The notes under the pieces are model-generated. The model ran no database searches, was not told the origin of the DNA, and saw only the letters and a program-made list of their open reading frames with translations. A DNA stretch of 64,000 bases. It comes from a virus (lineage: Duplodnaviria; Heunggongvirae; Uroviricota; Caudoviricetes). The DNA lies in IMG/VR virus record IMGVR_UViG_3300025392_000640, positions 37,214 through 101,213 of that record; one strand, given 5' to 3'. Below are positions 10,157-19,782 of the stretch, piece by piece (the first letter of the stretch is position 1; each line of letters opens with the position of its first letter). Both the position numbers and the translations under genes were made by a program.

Positions 10157-10463
10157 TTTCTAATTGTTTAATAAATTTATCAATTGTATCTATATCTTTA
10201 TTATATCCCTGCCATACCGCTTCGGGTGTTGATAATTGATAAGTATGCTGATTCAATCTTAATGTAACTTCCTTTTCAATTGTACGAGTCATATTATAGT
10301 ACTTCTGATTAGGTGAACTCTTAACAGGAGCTTCAGTTCTCATTTTATAAGTGTATGAGATATCATTCCCATACATAGTTAGATTTAAGTCTGTTACATA
10401 CCAAAGGTCACCATTGGACGGTATCCATTGATTCAATAACTTATCAGGGTTTTTTATTATCAT
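10137..10463 (-). CDS. MLTI(K/E)NI-family paralog 15 (divergent)
   Basis: MIIKNPDKLLNQW. Confidence 0.5.
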   Translation of the reverse strand: MIIKNPDKLLNQWIPSNGDLWYVTDLNLTMYGNDISYTYKMRTEAPVKSSPNQKYYNMTRTIEKEVTLRLNQHTYQLSTPEAVWQGYNKDIDTIDKFIKQLENVLPKY

Positions 10464-10629
10464 AAATATTATTGTCTCTTATGTAGTTTATTAATTGCAA
10501 AACACTTCTTGCTTCAATAGATGCTTCACTCAAAGGTCTTTCTCTATTGTTTTGTAGTTTTGCGTTTGCCTGTTTTTCAATTGTATCAATAAATTCTTTT
10601 GATATCAATATGTAGTCTTCGTTATTCAT
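10444..10629 (-). CDS. hypothetical protein
   Basis: 61-aa ORF. Confidence 0.4.
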   Translation of the reverse strand: MNNEDYILISKEFIDTIEKQANAKLQNNRERPLSEASIEARSVLQLINYIRDNNIYDNKKP

Positions 10630-10871
10630 TATTTATTCTTTTTATGTATATCCCACAAATACCAAATGTATGCTAACATAATAACACATACATAAAATAT
10701 AGTTTGCTTAGTGTACATTAATTTTCAATTACAATATATTTTAATCCGTTTACTTCCTCAACTCTACTAACTTTTTTACTTATTTCATCCGCACGATTCA
10801 TATCTTTATGTGCTATCCATAACATAGTTTGAACCATATATACAATTGGTGCCATAGGTTAATTATTTATA

Positions 10872-10903
10872 CAAAGATACGAAATTTATCCGATTTTACC
10901 AAA
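10872..10903 (-). promoter_or_regulatory. Bacteroidetes-type promoter
   Basis: caaagatacgaaatttatccgattttaccaaat. Confidence 0.55.
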
Positions 10904-10905
10904 TA

Positions 10906-10940
10906 AAAAAGGAGCGTTTAACTGCTCCTTTTATTCGATT
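10906..10940. terminator. Bidirectional rho-independent terminator (downstream of 11006..11503)
   Basis: aaaaaaggagcgtttaactgctccttttatt: GC stem flanked by an A-run and a T-run. Confidence 0.6.
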
Positions 10941-11005
10941 TTTCTAAACATATTGCACATATACCATCCTCATTGAGTTTAGTTCCGTGCGTTGGGCAAA
11001 TATCT

Positions 11006-11503
11006 TTATCCTTCTTCAATGTCATCAAAGTTTTGATTGTGATGTAGAATGTGATTTAACATATTAACTGCTATATGCAATCCATGTGATTCACCTTTCT
11101 TAAAGTTACGATATTCAGCCACCTTAGTAGCATCTACGAATCCTGCTTTAAGAGCATCTGCTAATCCGTGCTCAGCTTCGTAATCACACTTCTCAGCCAT
11201 TTCAACTAAGTGTACGATTCCTAATTCAATTTCCTTTTCAGTAATTGTGTTTTGTTGTTCTACAATTGGAGTAGTTAGAACGATTGGTTCATTTACTATC
11301 TTTGTAGGTTTCTTTGCTGCAGAAACTTTGATAGCTTGTTTTGTTTTTGCCATTTCTTTTCTTTTTTTAATTTGATGCAGAATAATATCTAATGCAATTA
11401 TAAATATTGCAATTCCTGCTACGATGTATATAATAGTTTGTTGCATACTAATCCATTTTTTCAAATAGGTCATCGAATAAACCTTCCTCAACTCTTTTAC
11501 CAA
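11006..11503 (-). CDS. membrane-anchored hypothetical protein
   Basis: 165-aa ORF with N-terminal TM helix IIYIVAGIAIFIIALDIIL. Confidence 0.5.
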   Translation of the reverse strand: MVKELRKVYSMTYLKKWISMQQTIIYIVAGIAIFIIALDIILHQIKKRKEMAKTKQAIKVSAAKKPTKIVNEPIVLTTPIVEQQNTITEKEIELGIVHLVEMAEKCDYEAEHGLADALKAGFVDATKVAEYRNFKKGESHGLHIAVNMLNHILHHNQNFDDIEEG

Positions 11504-11699
11504 ATGCTAATCCCAATAATTCAGTTTGAAGTTCTTGAAAATGCTTTTGTCTTTCAACTTCAGCTTTGAATTTATCCGGCGTTAATTCACTCAACTCAAC
11601 AATATCAAAATGCTGTGTTGGTATTGTAAACACTTGGTATCCACTATTTGTTTTACGAATAGTAATTCCATCCTCAATCCATTCTTTAAGATTTTCCAT
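11448..11699 (-). CDS. hypothetical protein
   Basis: 83-aa ORF. Confidence 0.4.
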   Translation of the reverse strand: MENLKEWIEDGITIRKTNSGYQVFTIPTQHFDIVELSELTPDKFKAEVERQKHFQELQTELLGLAFGKRVEEGLFDDLFEKMD

Positions 11700-13173
11700 A
11701 CTTTTGTTTTATTCTTTTTAAGAAATCAATTTCATCAATAAGTTTATCGTGTTTTTCATTTAATACATCTTCCATATTAGAATGCAAATCCAAAATAATA
11801 GAATTATCTTTCATAGAATCATAGGATTTTATAAATAAATTTTCATCTAAAATACCGTTACCATATCCAACGAGTCTCCAACCTGATGTAGAAAATACAC
11901 TTTCTTTTTTTCTATTAAAATTTAAACTTTCTTTTAAACCACTAATAGTACTAATTAGTTTTTTACTCATATATTTTTCATCACGATATCTATTCCAAAA
12001 TTCTGTATCGGTTCTTTTTGTAATGTAGTGATATTGTAAAAAATCAACAATATCATCATTCAGTTCTCCCAATGCCCAATTGTATTGACCCATATTATAA
12101 GGGTCTTTAAAATCAATATCAAATTTAGTTAATACTAATAATCCAATAATTACCATACCAATAGCAGTTGCTTCCAATGGTTCAACAAATCCGGTACTCA
12201 ATCCAACACCAATACAATTATTAATCCAATTGCTTTTATATCTACCAGGTTCAAAAGATATGGTTCGATTGCATTCAATTTCATGTCCTAATAAATTCTC
12301 AACTTCTTTTTTAGCTTCATCCGAATTTATATAATTGTTATCAAACACATAACCACATCCCCATCTACTTTGTAAAGGTATTTGCCATAACCAACCATAT
12401 TTCATAGCTATAGCCTTTGTGTATGTTGCAATATCAGTTTTGGATTGAGGTAATTGAAATGGTAATGCAGAATTAACTGTTAATCTATCTTTATATGATA
12501 TCCATTCTGTATTATATAATTTACCAATAATTAATCTTTTGAATCCGCTACAATCAAATACGAAATGGATATTTTCTACTTTTGTTTCATTTTCTAGCTC
12601 TATTGTTTTAATATCACCAAATCTATTTTGTACAAAATTAGTAATCACCCCTTCAATTCTTTTTACACCTCTACTTTCTGCAATTTTTTTAAAATAACTT
12701 GCTACTAAGTGGGCATCAAAATGAAATGAAAAATTGACCATTTGAGTATTATTTAATGAAATAGCAGATTTATTGTTATATGCCATATATTTAGATGCAA
12801 TCTTATCATTTAAATCATATCCATTTTTCATCAAAAACCCCCAATATTCACTATCACATATAGGTACATTATCTGGATTAGTTGAAAAGAAATCGTGAAT
12901 ATATTTTTTACCGTTACCATCCCAATTTTCAAAACTAACTCCTAATTTATGTGTTGCATTTGTTTCAACCATAAATTCATTATAATCTATTTTAACAAAT
13001 TGTAAAAAGTCCATCAATCTAGGAATACTACCTTCACCAGCACCCAATATACCAATATCTTCACTTTCAATTAAAGTTATATCAGCGCTACCATCATTAT
13101 ATAAATGCTGTGCCCATAATGCTGACATCCATCCAGCTGTTCCACCACCTACTATAACAATTTGTTTTTTCAT
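11686..13173 (-). CDS. Flavin-dependent (tryptophan-type) halogenase family protein
   Basis: N-terminal FAD site IVIVGGGTAGWMSA and the halogenase signature GWLWQIPL (WxWxIP). Confidence 0.8.
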   Translation of the reverse strand: MKKQIVIVGGGTAGWMSALWAQHLYNDGSADITLIESEDIGILGAGEGSIPRLMDFLQFVKIDYNEFMVETNATHKLGVSFENWDGNGKKYIHDFFSTNPDNVPICDSEYWGFLMKNGYDLNDKIASKYMAYNNKSAISLNNTQMVNFSFHFDAHLVASYFKKIAESRGVKRIEGVITNFVQNRFGDIKTIELENETKVENIHFVFDCSGFKRLIIGKLYNTEWISYKDRLTVNSALPFQLPQSKTDIATYTKAIAMKYGWLWQIPLQSRWGCGYVFDNNYINSDEAKKEVENLLGHEIECNRTISFEPGRYKSNWINNCIGVGLSTGFVEPLEATAIGMVIIGLLVLTKFDIDFKDPYNMGQYNWALGELNDDIVDFLQYHYITKRTDTEFWNRYRDEKYMSKKLISTISGLKESLNFNRKKESVFSTSGWRLVGYGNGILDENLFIKSYDSMKDNSIILDLHSNMEDVLNEKHDKLIDEIDFLKRIKQKYGKS

Positions 13174-13607
13174 TAATCTATGATTGTAATTTCATTAATT
13201 GTATCCCCAGCTTTAATAGCATCTAATACATCAAACCCTTCAGTCAATTTACCGAAGCAAGTGTGATTACCATCTAAGTGCTGCGTACCAACTCTATTGT
13301 GGCAAATAAAGAATTGAGAACCACCAGTATTTCGGCCGGCATGTGCCATACTCAATACACCTCTATCGTGATATTGCTTTGGTGCCGATACCTCACATTG
13401 AATTGTATAACCCGGTCCACCCGTACCATTTTTATTAGGGCAGCCACCTTGCACCACAAAATTTGGTATAACTCTATGGAAATTTAATCCATTGTAAAAT
13501 CCCTCACCAATTAATTTTTTAAAGTTATTAACTGTGATTGGCGTTTCGTTATCGTATAGCTCTGCTATCATAACTCCTTTTGCTGTATCTATCTTTACTT
13601 TACTCAT
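13173..13607 (-). CDS. Cyclophilin-type peptidyl-prolyl cis-trans isomerase
   Basis: FHRVIPNFVVQGGCPNKNGTGGPGYTIQCE and MAHAGRNTGGSQFFI cyclophilin motifs. Confidence 0.9.
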   Translation of the reverse strand: MSKVKIDTAKGVMIAELYDNETPITVNNFKKLIGEGFYNGLNFHRVIPNFVVQGGCPNKNGTGGPGYTIQCEVSAPKQYHDRGVLSMAHAGRNTGGSQFFICHNRVGTQHLDGNHTCFGKLTEGFDVLDAIKAGDTINEITIID

Positions 13608-14305
13608 TATACTTTTGGTTTTTTAGTGTACTTTCTTTTTGGTTTTGGTGCTGGGATTTCTCTAACTCCTGCTGCCCAATCCTTTTTAGGTATCATATGT
13701 AATCCAGTACAAAAGCCTGTTTCACTTCTACCACATCCACACTTCTTTTGTTCAGGCTCATTATACAATCCTTTATTAGTAATATCTTTTACAATAGCTG
13801 ATGTATTAATTCCCGTAACAATTGCATTCATTTCATTCAATTCGTTTTCCAAAGTAGTTTTAATTGATTGAGGTAAGTTAGCAGTATTTTCTTCCAACTT
13901 AGAAGCGATATCTTGCTTAGCTATTTCAGCCATCTTTTGTTTACCTTCCTTTGATACTCTACTTAGTGGAATTGATGCCAATGGGTCATTATCGTTTGGA
14001 AAATTCATATCAATCGTACCTATCTTTGTAGTTTTTACATTGATTGATTGGTCAGGTGCCGGAAACTCACTATTCTCAAATTCTTTTTTAAGTTCCTCTA
14101 CAATTTTATCACCTTGAATATTATTCTTAAGTAAAATTTGACGTAACTCATCATTATCAGTTATAGGTTTAATACCTGCTAACTTTTGAAATTCGTCTTT
14201 GTCAAATCCATACATTTGTGTTGGTTTTTGTTTTTTGTTTTTTTGTTTATCGTATATTAGCTTACCAATAAATGCTAATATAGCAATGAATAATAACCAT
14301 TCCAT
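13607..14305 (-). CDS. membrane-anchored hypothetical protein
   Basis: 232 aa with N-terminal TM; Cys cluster CGCGRSETGFC near the C-terminus. Confidence 0.5.
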   Translation of the reverse strand: MEWLLFIAILAFIGKLIYDKQKNKKQKPTQMYGFDKDEFQKLAGIKPITDNDELRQILLKNNIQGDKIVEELKKEFENSEFPAPDQSINVKTTKIGTIDMNFPNDNDPLASIPLSRVSKEGKQKMAEIAKQDIASKLEENTANLPQSIKTTLENELNEMNAIVTGINTSAIVKDITNKGLYNEPEQKKCGCGRSETGFCTGLHMIPKKDWAAGVREIPAPKPKRKYTKKPKV

Positions 14306-14453
14306 ATATATTTGTTTTAGTGTTTAAATAATGCTTTGAATCCTTCGAATATAATACGGAATCCTAATGATAGAACAGCAATTATCATTGATGTAACTAT
14401 TAAGTAAGCCGTAACTTCTACTATTTTATTCCAATTTATTTTTTTCATATAAA

Positions 14454-14780
14454 TTATTTAATAATCATTAATAATTCCTGCTCTCTAAATAAATAATAAT
14501 CATCATCGCCCAACTTTACTTTTTGTGCAGTACCAACTTGAGGCATCATAACCTTATCACCAACTTTTACTTCCATTGGAATTTTTACTCCATCGTTTGT
14601 GTATATACCATTTCCAACTGAAACTACAATACCAATTTTCGTATCCGTTGCCGTAGCTGTTTCAGGAATAATAATACCACCTGCTGTTTTTGCCTGAGCT
14701 ACATCTTCGGATTTAATCAATACTCTATCTGCTAATGGCTTTGCTAATTGAAATCCTTCTGTTTGTTTTACTTTACTCAT
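14454..14780 (-). CDS. groES: Co-chaperonin GroES (Cpn10) homolog
   Basis: LKPLADRVLIK...GGIIIPETA...GDKVMMPQVGTAQKV...DDDYYLF; ~100 aa. Confidence 0.8.
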   Translation of the reverse strand: MSKVKQTEGFQLAKPLADRVLIKSEDVAQAKTAGGIIIPETATATDTKIGIVVSVGNGIYTNDGVKIPMEVKVGDKVMMPQVGTAQKVKLGDDDYYLFREQELLMIIK

Positions 14781-14949
14781 TTAATATCCTTTTTGAATTA
14801 TTATGTTTAGTCTCCATTTTAACCAACCTATTTGTAAACCATACGCAGGAGAAGTAACGCCGGTTTCTAAAAAATAATCTTCCGAATGCCAACATAGTAC
14901 AAATGGTAGTATATAAAACTTACCGAATGTACTACTAAACCATATTTGC

Positions 14950-15585
14950 TTATCCCACTTTTGCATTTGGTTTCTTTTTTGGTTTTGGTTTTGATGTTTT
15001 CTTTTTATTTACATCGGATGCTATTAAAGCAGTTGTGGGTAGTTTTTCTTCGTTTGAAATCCAACACTCATCAAATCTAATAGCTTTACCTTCATCAACT
15101 AACTTAGCGTATTTATCCAAAGCCACTTTCTTAGATAATGTTCTAATCCAACCATTTTTCCAAGTACCAACATTTTCAGTTGAACCGCTCTCCTCACATA
15201 TATCGAATGATTGCTTCTCAGCATCTCTAATCAATTGCCAATTAATCTTAGAAGTACCAGTTACATAAAATCGTAATCCACCCCACTTCTCTTTTAATTG
15301 TGTTACTTTCGTAATCCATGTACCATCAGCTTTATCATTGAATTTAATCTTTAAAATTAATTCATATAATAATTTATACCATCCATCACCAACTCCAAAT
15401 TCATAGTTATATGGATTGGTTTGCTTAATGTATTTAATCTTACGAGTAAACTTTAAATGCTTATGTAAAAATGATAATACATTATTATACATAACTTCAA
15501 TCTTAGTTTGTGGCTGTGCCTTATAAGACCAAGTAAACATTTCTGGATATAACTCTACCAGCTTAGTACTATTTTCCTTTGTCAT
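14950..15585 (-). CDS. hypothetical protein
   Basis: 211-aa ORF with basic C-terminus. Confidence 0.5.
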   Translation of the reverse strand: MTKENSTKLVELYPEMFTWSYKAQPQTKIEVMYNNVLSFLHKHLKFTRKIKYIKQTNPYNYEFGVGDGWYKLLYELILKIKFNDKADGTWITKVTQLKEKWGGLRFYVTGTSKINWQLIRDAEKQSFDICEESGSTENVGTWKNGWIRTLSKKVALDKYAKLVDEGKAIRFDECWISNEEKLPTTALIASDVNKKKTSKPKPKKKPNAKVG

Positions 15586-15829
15586 CTTTTACTTTTTTCC
15601 TTTTACCCTTCAATTGCTTATCGGCAATAGTTTGCTCAGTTAATTGTTCACTAACTTCTGCTACAACTTCTACTTTCACTTCAGGTTTTTTAGTTGCTTT
15701 CCATTCGCTCTTAGGAATGAATTTCCAAGTTCCACTTTTTACTTTCTCATCAGCGTCTTGGTCAGATACTCTACGAATTTCATCTAAATCGTAAGTCTTT
15801 GTTTGTCTAATACATTTGATACACTTCAT
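15569..15829 (-). CDS. hypothetical lysine-rich protein
   Basis: 86-aa ORF. Confidence 0.4.
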   Translation of the reverse strand: MKCIKCIRQTKTYDLDEIRRVSDQDADEKVKSGTWKFIPKSEWKATKKPEVKVEVVAEVSEQLTEQTIADKQLKGKRKKVKDDKGK

Positions 15830-15858
15830 TGGTTAAGCCCTCCATGCTTTTTTAATTG

Positions 15859-16260
15859 TTATTTATTTTGTTTACCTATTGCTTTTGTTAAAGAATCAAT
15901 TACATTTACTAAACGATTGATTTCAGCATCTTTAGCTTGTAATATTGCTGTACTACTATTATTGTTAAGAGCTTCTCTTAATGTTTCAACTTTAGCTTCC
16001 AACTTTGCTAACTCAATACCTAAATCCTCTTTCGTTTGATGGAAAGTATGTTCGTATTGTGCTAACTGTCTATGACATGCTTTTTCAACTTCAATCACTT
16101 CCAATTCTCTACTTAATTTATACTTTTGAATTTCACAATCAACATCTAACATTTTTCTGCTTTTGTATAATGCTAGTTCAGAAGCAATTCTTGATTTTTG
16201 TAATTCAATTTCTTTTTGTTCTTCTTCTGTTGTAAGAACTTTTTTTCCAAATAAACTCAT
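15859..16260 (-). CDS. coiled-coil hypothetical protein
   Basis: 133 aa with heptad-like E/K/L-rich sequence. Confidence 0.45.
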   Translation of the reverse strand: MSLFGKKVLTTEEEQKEIELQKSRIASELALYKSRKMLDVDCEIQKYKLSRELEVIEVEKACHRQLAQYEHTFHQTKEDLGIELAKLEAKVETLREALNNNSSTAILQAKDAEINRLVNVIDSLTKAIGKQNK

Positions 16261-16485
16261 ATTATATTATTTTAAAAAGGGATTGTGTGGTAACTTAATT
16301 AATAAATTAATTAAAAGGTCAAAGAGTTTTGAGGGTATTGACGTTGCTAAACTTTGAACAGTTGAATATTTGAATTTTGATTGATGCTATCGCTACTATC
16401 ATTATCATATATCTTATGAATGCGCCATAATTGTTAAAGTATCAACTAACTCAATAATTTCATTACTCACACTTTCCCAAATATT

Positions 16486-16917
16486 TTATTCCAATTCGGT
16501 TATAGCGTTATGGGTATCCAATTGGTCTTGCAATGCTTCACATTGTGATTCAATTGATTTAACCATATTATCCCTATCCGCAACATTTAATTCAACTTCT
16601 TTGATTATAGATTGTGAACTATATCTTTCGGATACTCTACCCTCATCAACCGGAATAGATTTGATTTGCTTAATTACATTTTTTAATTCCGATAAAGCAA
16701 ATATTTGTGCGTACACTCCAGCATTTGCTTTATGTATTTTTGTTTTTAATTCAACCAACTCATTGGTTAATTCACTAGCTTTTGCTAATGCTTGCATTAC
16801 TGAATAACGGCGTACATTTCCTTGCTCAATTGAGTTATGAGCTTTAGCAATTTCGTATTGCTCTTTGATTTGTCCAACCAATTTGTTTTTTTGTTTTAAT
16901 GCCTGTTTAATGTTCAT
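16486..16917 (-). CDS. coiled-coil hypothetical protein
   Basis: 143-aa ORF. Confidence 0.45.
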   Translation of the reverse strand: MNIKQALKQKNKLVGQIKEQYEIAKAHNSIEQGNVRRYSVMQALAKASELTNELVELKTKIHKANAGVYAQIFALSELKNVIKQIKSIPVDEGRVSERYSSQSIIKEVELNVADRDNMVKSIESQCEALQDQLDTHNAITELE

Positions 16918-16944
16918 ACTTTTATGATTTATGATTTTATTTTA

Positions 16945-16978
16945 ACAAATATACGAATAATTTTTGAATCCACCAAAT
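16945..16978 (-). promoter_or_regulatory. Bacteroidetes-type promoter for 16486..16917
   Basis: acaaatatacgaataatttttgaatccaccaaat. Confidence 0.55.
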
Positions 16979-17173
16979 TTATTCAATATTATTTTCTAAG
17001 TAGTTTATTAGTTCTAGCTCCAATCCCTGATTTTCGATTACTTCCATTCCGTTATCATCAAATATATCGTATTGAATATAACCACTAGCGAAGTCTTCGA
17101 GAATTGTTATGGTGTATCCCTTTCCTTTGTACTTTACTTCGTAAGTTTTTTCCGTTTGTAATAGTGTGACCAT
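16979..17173 (-). CDS. hypothetical protein
   Basis: 64 aa; overlaps the 3' end of the lysin gene out of frame. Confidence 0.3.
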   Translation of the reverse strand: MVTLLQTEKTYEVKYKGKGYTITILEDFASGYIQYDIFDDNGMEVIENQGLELELINYLENNIE

Positions 17174-17678
17174 TCTTTAATGATTTTTTATGTTTATGTG
17201 ATACCTCTTTCCAATCATTAGCTTCGATATGTATTCGTGCTAATATATCTTTTAATTGAGATGAATAACTCCTTCCAACTTCTGAATAAATTCTATCTAA
17301 GTAGTGGTAGTATTCCTCTCTACTATGTGTTGGGTTAATATCTTCTGTAACACTTTGTAATAAATAATAATCCACAATACTCATATGCCAATTAGGATAA
17401 TGTGCGTATCCATTAATAGAGCTATCCGAACAAGTTACTCTTGTGTGTGGATACTTCATACCAAATAGATTGTTATTCACTTTGAAGTTTTTGGATTTGA
17501 ACCATCCACTCTCTAATATAGCCTGTGCTACTACAATATCTTTGTGTTTAAAAGGCAGTGCCCAAACATCCATTTGAATATTATGTAAGGTAACACTATC
17601 TTCGGGTGCTATTGTTGGCTCTTGTGCTTTTGTATTGCACGAAGTAAATAACAATAATGCGATTAATAGTTTTTTCAT
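17085..17678 (-). CDS. Glucosaminidase-domain (FlgJ/mannosyl-glycoprotein endo-beta-N-acetylglucosaminidase-like) cell-wall hydrolase with lipoprotein signal peptide
   Basis: MKKLLIALLLFTSC lipobox; AQAILESGWFKS...NNLFGMKYP glucosaminidase signature. Confidence 0.7.
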   Translation of the reverse strand: MKKLLIALLLFTSCNTKAQEPTIAPEDSVTLHNIQMDVWALPFKHKDIVVAQAILESGWFKSKNFKVNNNLFGMKYPHTRVTCSDSSINGYAHYPNWHMSIVDYYLLQSVTEDINPTHSREEYYHYLDRIYSEVGRSYSSQLKDILARIHIEANDWKEVSHKHKKSLKNGHTITNGKNLRSKVQRKGIHHNNSRRLR

Positions 17679-17688
17679 TTGTTTTATT

Positions 17689-18036
17689 TTAGTTTATTTT
17701 CATTGGATATTTATTCCACTCAACCTCAACCTCATCTTTAATTCCGTTTAAAGGTCTTTGTTGTTTACATTTTTTTAATAGTTCATAGGCTTCATCAAAG
17801 TTATCAAAGTATGGTACATTTTTACTATCGTAACCATCCTCACAAGCAACTCCAGTCCAATATCTAAATCCCAATAGGTTTACTTTTTTCTGAACTATGT
17901 AACTTGAAGTCTTTAACTTACCAACATCATAATAACTTCTTTTTATTATACGATATGGTCTATCCAATTCGTTTGTTGTGTACTTAATTAATCTTTGTAT
18001 CCCTATTAATACAAATACGATTATTAATATTGTCAT
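17689..18036 (-). CDS. membrane-anchored hypothetical protein
   Basis: 115 aa with N-terminal TM. Confidence 0.45.
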   Translation of the reverse strand: MTILIIVFVLIGIQRLIKYTTNELDRPYRIIKRSYYDVGKLKTSSYIVQKKVNLLGFRYWTGVACEDGYDSKNVPYFDNFDEAYELLKKCKQQRPLNGIKDEVEVEWNKYPMKIN

Positions 18037-18046
18037 ATTTTATATT

Positions 18047-19093
18047 TTAGTTATCAATATCTTTTTTAAATGGTTTGCTCCACTTTGGTTTAATCATTTT
18101 CCAAATAGTATCTTCGTATGATTTACCATCCCACATTGAGAACAATATAGAACGATATTCATTATCTTTGATTGCTAATGCAAATTCTTTTTTATCACCA
18201 TTTGATTCACCTTTATAATATTCAAAATCAATAGAGCTTCTGAATTTAATATTTTCAAAATGTGCTTTCAATTCCAATACAGTCATTCTAACCCAATTAT
18301 CAAACTCATCCGGTACTCTATCTAAGAACTCATTTAAGTTTCCATCGGTTCTCAATAATTCCCAAATATCAGTAGTTGAAAAGTTAGTTAATATTCTATG
18401 TAAACGAACATACTCATCACCTTTGATTTTCATTCTCATTCCTCTTTTGAAACGAACAACAAATCCTTCGGCATCATTTGAAATTATTCCTTTTAAAGTT
18501 TTGAAATCAGTTACTCCATCGTATTTTTTAACTACTTCAAATCCTTCACTTTCCATATTTTCAATACTACCTTCAATTCCAATTTCATTATTGTAAACTG
18601 CTAATACAACTAATTTCTCAGCTCCACCATAATCAACAACAATTCTATTTTCAGGGTATATGATTTCAAATAAGTAAGTGTAACCTGGTATCATTCCATA
18701 CTTAGTATTTTCTTTACTCAATAACTCTTTACCTTTGATAGCTTGTTCGGATGTGAAAGAACCACGTGTTGCTATATGCCACTCATCATTATAGAAAAAG
18801 CATATACCCAAGCTACCATCCATTTTTTCAAATACTTCAAATGACTGATTTGGTATTGATTCGGGTGACAATTCCTCATAGTTAAAGAATTTTGGAAATG
18901 GTTTAGCAATTAAATTACCTTCGTTATCTAAAACTAATCCCCTACATTCTAAAGTAATCGGGTCCCACAATTTTTCGTACTGAACACCTCTGCTATAATT
19001 GTATATAGATAAAGGTAAAGTTGGGTGGTCTTGTTTAATCACCCAACCTTTCTCTACATACTGCTTAAGTAATTCAAATTTATCGTATTTCAC
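18047..19093 (-). CDS. RNA ligase (Rnl1/T4 RnlA-like nucleotidyltransferase)
   Basis: Motif I KMDGSL, motif IV EGFVVRF, motif V MKIKG; 348 aa. Confidence 0.75.
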   Translation of the reverse strand: MKYDKFELLKQYVEKGWVIKQDHPTLPLSIYNYSRGVQYEKLWDPITLECRGLVLDNEGNLIAKPFPKFFNYEELSPESIPNQSFEVFEKMDGSLGICFFYNDEWHIATRGSFTSEQAIKGKELLSKENTKYGMIPGYTYLFEIIYPENRIVVDYGGAEKLVVLAVYNNEIGIEGSIENMESEGFEVVKKYDGVTDFKTLKGIISNDAEGFVVRFKRGMRMKIKGDEYVRLHRILTNFSTTDIWELLRTDGNLNEFLDRVPDEFDNWVRMTVLELKAHFENIKFRSSIDFEYYKGESNGDKKEFALAIKDNEYRSILFSMWDGKSYEDTIWKMIKPKWSKPFKKDIDN

Positions 19094-19371
19094 TTCTTTA
19101 TTTTTTTACAATATGTTTTTAATATTTCAATTTCACCATCCATATTTTCTACATGCCAATCATCTCTACCAAGAAATTCTCTTAAGTTTTTATAAGAACT
19201 CAATCCCATTTTTCTATGTGCAGGATGCGAATCTACAAACGCACCATCTAACATATTCCAATGTACTACCGATTTCCATGCAGTACGAGTCTCAATACCA
19301 ATAAACAATTCAACGGTATCGCCGGCATATATTCTATTGCCATACGAATCGTTACATATCATTTTTCTCAT
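19090..19371 (-). CDS. hypothetical protein
   Basis: 93-aa ORF inside the ligase/kinase cassette. Confidence 0.45.
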   Translation of the reverse strand: MRKMICNDSYGNRIYAGDTVELFIGIETRTAWKSVVHWNMLDGAFVDSHPAHRKMGLSSYKNLREFLGRDDWHVENMDGEIEILKTYCKKIKK

Positions 19372-19374
19372 AAC

Positions 19375-19776
19375 TTATAATTTAATTGAGAATCGATTTT
19401 TCATTTCTTCTAACTTATCATCAGGCACTCCATGCTCATTTACACCACCATGTCTATTCTCTACAATTAAACAATAAACTGTATAACCATATGTTTTAGC
19501 TAATGTAAAATAAAAATCCAATTCCCATTCTTGCGTAAATGTATTTGATACTACAATTCTCGGAACAACTTTTTCCATCCAATTCTCAACTACATCGTGA
19601 CACCAATTGTGTGCATGTTTTAATCTACTTGGTTCAAATTTATATTCACCAGTCAATTTATCAACAAAGAACATATCAGCCTCTACATATTGAGGTCCAC
19701 TACCGGATGTTAATGATTTAGCTAATGTGCTTTTACCACTACCAGGTAAACCTCTTAATAAAAATAACTCTTTCAT
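19375..19776 (-). CDS. P-loop NTPase, polynucleotide-kinase-like
   Basis: Walker A LLRGLPGSGKSTLA; 133 aa; flanked by a phosphoesterase and an RNA ligase. Confidence 0.65.
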   Translation of the reverse strand: MKELFLLRGLPGSGKSTLAKSLTSGSGPQYVEADMFFVDKLTGEYKFEPSRLKHAHNWCHDVVENWMEKVVPRIVVSNTFTQEWELDFYFTLAKTYGYTVYCLIVENRHGGVNEHGVPDDKLEEMKNRFSIKL

Positions 19777-19782
19777 AACTTT

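Noticed and set aside
14781-14966. 61-aa ORF between GroES and the downstream gene
   Set aside because: Overlaps the start of 14950..15585, and its composition (W/F-rich) is atypical. It may be real but there is no independent support.
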